DNA of 57,027 bases, the filler included, from Jimgerdemannia flammicorona (lineage: Eukaryota): NCBI GenBank assembly GCA_003990765.1. It is 2 parts of 2 records of this genome, joined end to end, with 100 filler letters (N's around TTAATTAATTAA, not from the genome) between each part and the next. Parts side by side here need not be neighbours in the genome. Positions count along the whole stretch, not along the records: positions 28,565 to 57,027 come from RBNJ01000559.1; 1 more part is not named here. One strand, given 5' to 3'. The notes under the pieces were generated by a model, which saw nothing but the letters and a program-made list of their open reading frames with translations, was not told where the DNA came from and ran no database searches. Shown here in pieces: positions 40,918 to 52,000 of the stretch (positions are counted from its first letter, which is position 1; each line of letters starts with the position of its first letter). A program made the position numbers and the translations under genes.

Positions 40918-41692
40918 TGTAATAACTCTCACTTCTACTCCTCTCTTATCCTTTAGATAATTAGGAAAGTAAGACTATTACTTAGGAACTTAGTACACAG
41001 TGTATACCAAGAAGCCTTCAGTTTGAGGAAGTGCTCACTTAAAAGTAGTTGTAGTGGTAGTACCTTATCTTTTAAAGATCTTTCTGATTTGCCCTATCTT
41101 TCAAGGATCTTGTTCTTTGCTATGTACAGAGTTAATTCGCCTTGGAATTCAGGTTCAATAGATTTACTTAAGTCTTTAGGGATTTATATACTAGTCTCAG
41201 TTCTGGCAGAAGTTAGCTAGGCTTCTGGAGTTTAGTCAGAAACACTAGAGTCACTTAGGTGTCATTACTAAGACTCAGGAGAATGTGTATATGTAGGGGG
41301 GACTTGATTCTTATATCAAGGACTAAACTAAAACTGCTTTATTTTGGATGGAAACTGGGGGGTATTTATACAAGTTGGTCTATGATTTCTGACTAACTAT
41401 AATTTAGTAACTATGGTGAGGTTTGTGATTGCAATATCTATTGCTAGGAAATGATCAGTATTGCTGCAGCACTAGTTGCTATAGTGCCAATTACTGTAGT
41501 GCTGATTGCTGCAGTACCGTACTGCAGCACTGATTACTGAGAATAAGCTGGATATTATTTATTTACATTGTTTGCATCATTTATTATATTCATCATTCAT
41601 AATATTATATATCATGCTTGATTATATGATGATGTCATTACTTGCTGAGTTATATGATTGCTCATTACATCTTGTCTGTTTGTTCTATTACA
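40918..41692 (-). repeat. Family-1 3' LTR
   Basis: TGTAATAACTCTC...CTATTACA; PPT at 41693-41705. Confidence 0.92.
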
Positions 41693-41703
41693 TCCTTCCC
41701 TCC

Positions 41704-42528
41704 TTAGAAATCAATATTCTTGTTAATTCAGAAATTGAGAACCAGGGGAGAGAAAGGCAGAGAATCTTCCTCAGTATTGTTGCCATCTTCTTCAGTAGCA
41801 GGAGTGGTTACTGGTGGCTTGCTGTCCAGAATGGAGAAGTTAATAAGGTCTGCAAATGGTTCTTATATTGGAATAGGCACTGGTGTAGGGGTTCTCCATC
41901 TGATGCAGTTGGGACCATCCAAGAAGAGTTCTTGATCCTCATGCCTAGAGATATCCATTTGGATAGGTGGTTCTTCAAGGAGGTCATAGAGGCCTTGGAG
42001 CCATTGGTCTGGGTTGTCATTCAGAAGAGGGCTCCAGTGGGGCTCAATTTTAGTAGACTTGAGAGTAATCCAGAAGTTGGCTTTCTGGATTATCATAATT
42101 TCTAGCTTGTCAACCTCAGAAAAGGAGAGGTTCTGGAAGTTCTTTAGTTGTATATAGTTGAGGTTGAGAATTACAAAGAGTGCATGGTGCATAATTTGAT
42201 GAACCTTCTTGGCAAGTCTTTGCTCATACCTGTCCAGGTGGGTTCAGTCTGAAACCTGGTCAGTGGGTAGGCCATTTGTATGTTAAAAAAGCTAGTGGCT
42301 GATTTCATATTTATGCCAGATCTCTAGGTGGCTAGTAGCAAGGTAGGCTCTTTCAATAAGTTCATAGCAGTCAAGGACATATTGTCCTAGGTCTGGGCTG
42401 GAGAGGTTAAGGGTCTTAGAGCAGTGGTTCCTTCCTTAGATAGTAACCTAGATATGTTCAAAGAGATAGTCAACCTGGCTTGGGAGGAGCTGGCTATAGC
42501 AGACAGTTTGGCAGTAGGTAGCAGGCAT
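41704..42528 (-). pseudogene. Accessory ORF3, second copy
   Basis: 275 codons; net length difference from 1889-2731 is a multiple of 3; includes track ORF 41863-42192. Confidence 0.72.
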
Positions 42529-45500
42529 TCTTGTCTTGTCTTTTCTTTATAAGAAGAGGGGAATAAGAGTTGTAAGATATTCTTACCTTTGGTATTTATA
42601 CTTATTCACCTGTTTGGTGTGACCTTCTTTTGATCATACTTTTTATCAGAATGCATGACCTGTTGCTGTAAGCAGAGCATATGCTGGTCATATGAGAAAA
42701 TCTTGATTTCAAAGATATTGCTATTTGTAGTTGTGGTTACACAGAGTTGACAAATCTTGGTCCTCTTTTTTTTTTATCTGGTTGGTACATTTGCAAGGAC
42801 TGGCCATCCTTGTCTAGGGCAAGGGCTCTCATTATTGTGACTGGGGGTTCAAACCTCTCAGAAATAGTATTTCTTATAATCTGAAGCAATTTCTAAGTAA
42901 TAATATCTGTTATATGAATGGGCTTAGATTGGTTTTGACATCATCAGCTTTCCTAAGTTCTATATAAAACATCTGTCATCATCCAGTAGAGATGATATAG
43001 ATGGTATAAAATGGAGTTGTTCAAATATATTTTACTGTACTATACTATATTGTCCTTCATCTGAGTATCTTCCTATTAATTATATAGTATTCCTTTTTCT
43101 GCAATATTCAGTATTATATGTTTTGGATAAAATATATAGTATGTTGTTTGCTAGGTGCTCTGATTCTTTAGAGCTGCAGTTCCTTCCTTTGCTGAGAAGT
43201 GAGTGTTTCCATATAGTCTTAGAGGGCTTTGTATGCATTCTCTAGAGTTTCTTTCTTTTCCCAAGTAGTGTCATGGGTGGGGTAACCCTTCCACTTGATG
43301 AGAAAACTCTGTTTAACTGTTTTGGGATATTTGTGGATCTTGTAGTTAAGTACTTCCTTGATTTCGAATTCCTCATGATTATTGATTCTAGTTGGAGGTG
43401 GTGGTGGAACTATATGCTTAGGGAATGGGTTCTCATGATAGTCCACCAATTGACTGATATGGAATACTGGGTATACTTAGATATTTTGGGGAAGTTACAA
43501 CTTGTAATTGACTTTGCTGACTTTTTCCACAATCTTATATGGTCTAATTCTTCTAGCATGGAGTTTCTTGGCTAGTTGTTGTACCAGGGTATCTGGGTGG
43601 AGGTGGTCAGTTCTAAGCATAACTATATCACTAATGTTATAGGAGACTTCTCTTTGCTTCAAGTTCATATACTTGGTCTAGTAGTCTTGTACTTCTATGA
43701 GAGCATCTCTTATCATTTAAGTAAGATTAGAAATAGTCTCAGCCAGATCTTGGACTGCTGAGACTACTGATTTTGCAATAGTACTTGGGGTTCTTGGGTG
43801 TTGACCATAGTTCAAAAAGAATGGAGTTTTCTTCATAGAGGTTTACTGGCTGTTGTTGTAGGCAAACTCGGCATGGGCTAGGTACTTGTCCCAATCATTC
43901 TGCTTATAACAGTAGAAGAAGCTAAGCATCTGCTTGAGAGTCCTATTGATTCACTTGATTTGACCATTAGTCTGAGGGTAGTATGTAGTAGAGAACTTCA
44001 GCTTGGTTCAATAGAGATTGAAAAATGTCTTCTAGAAGTTACTTATAAACTTATCATCTTGGTCAGATACAATAGTGCTAGATATATCATGTAGTCTGAA
44101 TACTTAGTTGAGGAAAATCTTAGCAATCTCTGGTGCTGTAGCAGTGGTCTTGGTGAGTGCAAAATGGGCTTGTTTGCTTAGGCAGTCTACAAATATCACA
44201 ATGGCATCTCATCCTGTCTTGGTCTTGGGGAGTTGGACAATGAAATCTATTGCAATCTGATCTTAGTTATGACTTGGAATTGGTAGTGGTTGCAGAAGTC
44301 CTGCTGGTAGCTTGCTACCACTTTTGAATCTTTGGCATATCTCATATGAGGCCATAAAGTCTTTTATGTCCTTGGTCATCTTTGGCCAGTAGAACTCTCT
44401 TGAGAGAAGGTTGTAGGTCTTCTCAAAACCAAAGTGTCCTACTGCAGGAGTATTATAGAGTTCCTGCATAATCTTGAGTCACAGAGTATCCTTATTAGAT
44501 ATAACTACTCTGTTATGATCTCTGTAGATAAGTCTATCACAGTAAGTGAATCTCTTAGACATCTACCTCATGGGTTCTGGGATCTCAGCCTCTGGGTCTT
44601 AACAGAATTGAAGAAATCTCATCAGGGGGCTATCTTGCTGGTAGCCATCTTTGATCATTTGATAAGGTCTCCAATTACCTCAACCATGAAGACAAGTTCA
44701 TCTTTCATATACCTAGAGAAACCATCAGCTACATAGTTAGTTTTACTTGAGATATACTTGATTTCTATATCAAAGTTAGTAATGATTTCCATCTAGCAGG
44801 CTTGTCTATGGGTTAGCATAGGCTGTATATGGATATACTGCAGAGTATAGTAATCAGTATAGGCTACAAATAGTTGTCCTAGGAGAAAGTAGTGCCATTC
44901 TTAGAGTGCAGTGACAATGGCCAGGAGTTCTTTCTCATTAGTAGTATATTAGGTCTCAGCTGGCTTGAGCTTTTGGGAAAGGTAGGCCACTGGGTAGTCT
45001 TCTTGACTGAGTACTACCCCAATGGTAATATCAGAGGCATCTGTGGTAAGAGTGAATAGCCTAGTAGAATCAGATGTAATTAGTACTGAGGCCTCAGTAA
45101 GGAGTCTCTTGAGGTGGTTCATAGTTTGGGTATATTCAGGGGTCTATTCAATCTTGATATTTACTTCTTTGTAAACCAGGCTGGTCAGTGGGGCTGCAAT
45201 AGTAGAGTATCCTTAGATAAACCTTTGGTAGTAACCAGTAATACTCAGAAAGCACTAAAGTAGCTTAAGGATAGTGGAAATAGGAATATCCTTAAGGGCT
45301 GATACCTTTCAAGGGTCTATGTTGATACCTTTAGTAGAGATGATATATCCTAGGTACTCAATCTGGTCTTGATAGAACTTATACTTACTCATCTTGGTAT
45401 AGAGCTGGTGTCCTCACAGAAGGGTCAGTATCTGTCTGAGGTGAGTGTTATATAACTCCACTGTTTCACTATAGATCAATATATAATCAATATATATAAG

Positions 45501-45985
45501 GACACAGATATTGAGAAGTGGTCCAAATCATTTATCAGATACTAGAATATTGCTGGTACATTAGTCAAACCAAAAGGCATAACTTGGAACTAGTAGTGTC
45601 CAAACTATATTTGGAAAACTGTCTTTTCAATGTCCTTCTCATCAATGAGGATCTGATGATAGCCATTTCACAAGTCTAGTAGAGAAAAGGTCTTGGCCTT
45701 GAAGATTTGGTGCAACAACTCATCAATCCTAGGCAAGGCATACCAGTTCTTGATGGTGATCTTGTTGAGGGCTCTGTAGTCAATACACATTTGCAGAGAG
45801 ACATTCTTCTTCTTGATAAACAGAATGGGGGCTCCAAATGGAGAGCAGCTGAGTTCAATATATCCTTAAGCCAGTAGTTTAGTTAACTCATCCTTGAGGG
45901 TCTTGAGTTCAGGTTGGGCTAGTTGGTAGATACTCTTATATAGCAGTTCAGATCCTAGAATGTGATCAATTCTACATTGGATTTG

Positions 45986-48082
45986 TGTAAGCACACAACC
46001 TCCAAGCTACCGGAATTACATGTCACCCTCTGAACAAAGCCACTGAAATCACACGCGAGCTCCGAACAAATCTGGAAATCACCTGCTTGATCACGAAGCT
46101 GAGTCAAACCAAAGTCACAGCGTACAAAGCTGAGTCAATACAAAGTCACAGAACACAAGATCTACACAAACGGAACCTTACCAATCAGGACCAAATGCAT
46201 ATATACTGAGCACCGAGACATGTCAAATCAGAGAACCAAAACAAACAACAACTACAACTTCCAAACATACAAACATGACCACTGAGATCTACAACCGCAT
46301 CCGCGCTGACATTTGGAATGCCATTGTCAACCGAGCCACACCCCCTCTGCCCCTCATAAATATCCATAGCCTGGCACCCCTCTACTTCGTGGAAGCCCAA
46401 TGGAACGCCCTGAACATGCTTAGTGAGGCCCACTGAATCGGACAAATCTCAAGCTACTACCAGATCAGCCGCCTCCTGGAAGACATGGTCGAACACCACC
46501 ATGATACAGACATTACCCAGATGTCTTAACACCAGAAGCTCATCGCCCGCAAATATCAAGAACTCTTCTATGAGTACAACACCTTTATCCCCCGCCTCCG
46601 AGTTACTACCAGCGAAATGGTTGCTACCCTGTCCTATGGGCAAATCGATGATATGATACAAGAACTCAACCATAAGTACCTCGAGTATATCGAAACCACA
46701 GACAGAACCTTCCTGCACCCTGATGACCATATCCTGCAAATGCCTCAAGTCGGATATGCCATGAAAGACGTCTATGATATAATCCACTTCGATGAAGATG
46801 AAGCAGAAGACAATGATCCCTCTGACGCCGATATGACCTCTAGCCAAGGATCTCTGCCAACCCTGATCACTCTGCCAACCCTGATCACTCTGCCAACCTT
46901 GCTGATGAACTTACAACAGTTCATAACTGCATATGAGACTTATTGGGACAATGACCACTGGTACGAATACCAACCTGCATTCACCCCCGATTACTTCAAT
47001 TACAATGAAGAGACCGGAGAACACAATCTGTACCTTCAGACAACCCTCGAGATTGAACCAACCACTCCACCACCTGAGTATGAGCAACATGAACCACAGC
47101 CGCCAGCATACTATAACCCCGCAACTCATAGTGCTATAACCTATAGAAGGTACGCAGACAGCGAATCCGATGAAAGTGAAGACAGTATACCCATCCTTCA
47201 CCCACCAACACCTTATCCAGCATACGAAACAGATGATGCTATCCTGTGGGATGGAGATGAAGTCCCAATGTATTACTACCTCAGCCAACAAGGAGAAGTA
47301 ATCCGCGAATCATTATTCCTAGACAACTACTTTATCAGGGATGATACAATCGATAGTGATGTCATCGAGGAATACCCAGACAGCACCTAAACCTATAAAT
47401 AGTCTAGCAGTCATAGTATAGATAGATTAGCCTTGTACAATGTGACTGTGAACTGACTCAGCAGTCAGATGATCTCTTGACATGTCAGATCACACTTGTA
47501 CTACATGACTACATTCTGACTCAGCAAAGCACTTAGTGCTACATCCATATCTAGCCTAGTCCAGATAGCCCCTTACTAGTATAAATACCCCCTCTCCCAG
47601 ACCTCAGACCTCAGAATCTCAGACTTGAAGACTTGAACAATCCGAACACAACTCCTGAGCACTTCCCCACAATATCCCTTTACACAACTACTCCTAGTAT
47701 AGCAATATCATGAATAGCAAATAAACCTATTCCATAACCCACAAACCACTCTTAAGTAAATCTGCTCTCTGTTAGGTCCTACTCCTAACCCTGTCACGAA
47801 ATTTCCTAATTGGGTATTGTCTGCAGCGATACGCCAATTCAACTAAGCTGGTCTTAGTTTCTTGAACTTCCTGAAATATGGAAATCCTGAACATCCAGAA
47901 CTAGTCCAGAAAAGGACTTTGGTTGAGACGTCAACCCAATCTTGAAATCAATAAGCGTAGAGGATGTACTCCATACGAAATTGATCTTGACCATAAGAAA
48001 ATGGTCTTCCAGAATATCCAGAACCTCCAGAAAACCTTTCCAGAACTACGTAATGGTTACCCTAAAAAGTAACCCTCTTACA
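45986..48082 (+). repeat. Family-2 5' LTR (2097 bp)
   Basis: TGTAAG...CTTACA; TATA at 47580-47587. Confidence 0.95.
46275..47390 (+). pseudogene. LTR(U3)-encoded accessory ORF (~371 aa)
   Basis: ATG 46275 (MTTEIYNRIRADIW) is in frame with track ORF 46617-47390; only two stops (TGA, TAA), each one C>T from CGA/CAA. Confidence 0.8.
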
Positions 48083-48085
48083 ACT

Positions 48086-48099
48086 TGGTAGCAGCGGAT
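48086..48099 (+). other. Primer binding site, initiator tRNA-Met type
   Basis: TGGTAGCAGCGGAT 3 nt after the LTR; complementary to a ...CUGCUACCA tRNA 3' end; same core in family 1. Confidence 0.8.
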
Positions 48100-49044
48100 T
48101 ACAATCCAATTCCGCTTCAAGACGCTTTCTCACCCCGCTACAAACCTCTCTGCAAATTTCTATAAGTTGGTATAAAGCCCAACCTCTGAACTGGAATTTA
48201 TCCTGAACCATCTGACAATCTGGAGAGAATTGAACCTGACGTACAAGGACAATTTGACCTCCACACCTGCAACAAGTGGGACAAACTTCATTCTAAGAAA
48301 GAAATACTCCAGTTAAATCAGCAAATAGGTGAAACCCTATTCACCGAACTCCTTGCACTACACCCAGCAAGTTACGATGAAGAAGGTCTTATTGAAGCCT
48401 TCTTTACTCTTCTCAACAAGAGTTTTGTCAGCTCCACAAATCCGAGTGACCTAGGACAACCAGCAGCAGTCTTTCTAGCCTTAGTTTCTCATGAAGCCCA
48501 AGCCTCTGTAGCCAAGTGGCTCAACTCTACCAACTTTCACTGCACCAGGACCAAGACCGCATTATACTACCGATTCCAGAACAGCAAGGCTCACCATATT
48601 CTTAAGGAAGAAGCAAGAGAAACCCTTCATCAACTACCTGACCCCGAATCTGAAGCAGGCCCTGCTACAACCCTACCTGAATCTGAAACCAATACCGAAC
48701 CTGAACTTGACTTTGAATTAAGTCCATCTGAAATCAGATATACAACTGATTCTGTCTACTTTGACGCTGAGCAAACCCAATTACACGGGGACCAAACCGA
48801 AGAAGAGAAGGAGTATCTCACTGAATTCGATCCTGGATATACCACCGAAGGAGACACACACCCATCAGGACAGAATACACCTACACAGCAACAAACAGCT
48901 ATCTATCAAGCCCTCACTTCAGATCCACAACTACTACTTCAGCAACTTACACAGACCCAAAGAACTCCATCACACTCTGCACCAGTACCTCAAGCAGTAC
49001 CAGTAACACCACTACCAGCAGTCCAACCACCTCCAGCAATCAAC

Positions 49045-52000
49045 ATGGCGAACCAACAGATTCTAGACCTCACAGCCCAAGTAGTTATAATGGCAGCAAC
49101 CATTACTGCCTTAGCTGAACAGACCCAACCTACCAAAAATCTGAGCCTACCTACCTTCAATGGTACTACACAAGAAGTCCAAAGCTTCATTAGTGTAGTT
49201 GACACCAACTTCGAAGCCAATCAATGGACCAATGAACGAGTTGCTGACTGCGTTCTGACAAACAATCAAGACCACACCCTGGAACAACTCTTTGCTACAA
49301 CTACAGCCTATGTCCGCTGAGTTGTTACATTCTTCCAAGGACCTACCGAAGAATGGTAGCGAACCCTTCCTGAAAAACCCCTCACATGGGATACCCGACC
49401 TGCAGTAATTGCTCAGAATGCAGCAAACAATGTCCCAGGATATGGAGCCCATCCTGCAGCCCCTGGACTCAAACAACTCATGATTGCTCAATATCACAGC
49501 GAAACCATGATTGTCGAATCTCGAGTAAAACTCCACAACCTCAAATTTGATGTACATGGCAAAGAAGAATTTGAAACCTTCTGTACAAAACTCAAGTCAC
49601 TCCTGAACACTGTTGGCCTAGGATACATTGCCAATGATGAAGTACGAAATGGTACAAGAGCAGACCATTTACATATTCGATGCCCTGCCTGAATGGCTTA
49701 CTAGAAAAATCCGAGAACAAGGCCGCCCAGTTGGTTGTGACCACCAACAATGGTGCCTGGCAAGAATCAAGACTATGGTCAAGCGAATCCTAACAGCTGG
49801 ACCAATCCTGCCCCGAAGGCAATTCAACAACAACAAAAAGACTTGGACCAAGAAAGAAGAACCCAAGCATGAAGCATTCCGAGCTCCCTCCACATCCACC
49901 TCTTGGACACCCAGAAATCATGAACCCGCCCAGCCAAGTACCTTCAAGAAACTAACTGAAGGCGAAAGGAATGAACTTCGAAGAAGCAGAGCATGCTTCT
50001 ATTGCCGAAAGACAGGACACATGGCCAGTGCCTGCCCTAACCGAAAACCCCGAACAGCAACACGAGCAACTGTTACCACTCTGTACCACCTCAACAACCT
50101 GACCACCAGAACACTAGACTTTGTCAAGTTAAGACAAACTGCTAAGGCCCCAACCAAAGGAAGTCAAAAAGCAGCCAGATATGACCTGTATGCTGCCGAA
50201 GAAGCTACAGTCTCCAACCGAGAAGTCAAACAAGTCTACACAGGAATTAGTATCCAAATCCCTGAAGGACATGTTGGAAGAATATGCTGTCGCAGCAGCC
50301 TAGCATTAAAAGGACTCTCAGTAGAAGGAGGAGTCATTGACGAGGATTACACAAGCAAAATTATTATCCTCATCCGAAACCACAGTTGGACACCCTTCAA
50401 GATCCCTATTGGCTTCTGCATCACCCAGATCCTGTTCGAAAAAATTGAGTCAACCCTGACAGTCAAGGAGGTCTCTGAACTACTACCCACCATCCGAGGA
50501 TCCAAAGGATTTGGCTCATCAAACAAGGCCCCAGCCCAACCTACTGTGAGCAAAGAAGAACAATTCTACAAGAAGATCGAAGATGGATATGTACCAAGTG
50601 GCCGATGCCCTCATGGTATTGGAATGTACTCTTCCCGAATGATTGATGATTGCTTCTCTTGTGTCAACGAACTGGCTCAAAGAAGAACCAACAGAAGAAA
50701 GGCTCCTACAACTGAAATCACCACCATTGGATCAGACAAACTGCTCACCCTTAAGGCTTTTGTCAACGGAGCACCTGTCAAGATTATGATAGACAGTGGT
50801 GCCTCAGACAACTTCATCAATGAGGAAACAGCCAACAGACTCAAGGTCTTCACCTCCCCAGTACAGCAAACTCAAGCAGTTGCTACAGCTGATGGAACCT
50901 CGCATATTATTAGCAAAGAAGTCCGCAATCTACCCTTCCGAATTGGTGACTACCGAGTACATGTCACCCTCCAAATCATATCACTTCCGGATAATAAAAT
51001 CATCCTTGGGACTCTATGGTTAAAACGAGAAAACCCTATGATCGATTGGGTAAACCATTCTCTGACCATCAAGAAAGGACGCCACAACTTCAAACTACAA
51101 GGTGAAAAGGACCCACTCAACTCTAGTGACCCTGGACCAAAGATCACCCACATCAACAAACTACAACTCAAGAAATTGGCCAAAAAATACCCTCTCTTCG
51201 CTATCTCCATCCGCCCATCCAAAGGAGAACCCGAGAACTCCAAAGAGGATTTTTCCAAAGTTAACAGCCATGTCAGACCACTACTCCAGAAATTCCGAGA
51301 CATATTCCCAAAGAAGCTCCCGAAAGGCCTACCTCCCAAACGAGCAGTAGATCATGCCATCAAGACTATCCCAGATGCCAAACCAGCCTTCAAGTCAATC
51401 TACCACATGTCTCCGAGAGAAATTGATGTACTCAAGAAGGAAATCGACGAACTCCTAGAACAAGGATTCATCAGACCCAGCATATCACCCTATGGTGCAC
51501 CAGTCCTCTTTGTTGTCAAGAAAGGAGGAGACCTACGAATGTGCATTGACTACCACGATCTCAACGAACAAACCATCAAGAACTGTTGCCCACTACCGAG
51601 GATCGATGAAATATTCGATAGACTTACCAACCCACAATTCATGAGCTCTTTTGACCTGCGAAATGGTTACTGGCAAATTGCCATGAAAGAAGAAGACATC
51701 TACAAGACAGCTTTCCGAACTCACTATGGACACTTTGAGTTCCTGGTTATGTCCTTTGGCTTAACTAATGCTCCAGCAACCTTCCAGACACTGATGAATA
51801 CCATTCTGCATCCATACCTGGACAAATTCGTTGTTGTCTACATTGACGACATCCTAGTTTTCAGCAAAACCCTGGAGGAACATCTTGAACACCTTGAACT
51901 AGTACTACTGAAACTCCGAGAAAACAGACTCTTTGCAAAACTCAGCAAGTGCGAATTTCTCCTGAAAGAAATTTAATTCCTTGGACACATTGTCACTCCG

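Larger units (their letters stand above)
40918..45985 (-). mobile_element. Family-1 chromovirus 3' half (ORF3, chromodomain, IN, RH, RT) nested in the family-2 copy
   Basis: Collinear with 1111-6071; pol stop at 43168; cut at 45986 by a family-2 LTR. Confidence 0.93.

Noticed and set aside
41506..42105. 199-aa plus-strand ORF and other antisense ORFs over TEs and genes
   Set aside because: Shadows of opposite-strand coding frames; the matching region at 1700-2300 is broken into short ORFs.
46275..47390. Accessory ORFs as env-like genes
   Set aside because: No signal peptide, TM anchor or evident furin/fusion peptide; the proteins look soluble and acidic.
49660..49690. Programmed frameshift within gag
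   Set aside because: The minus-strand copy (~39775) reads through in frame; this is a copy-specific 4-nt insertion.
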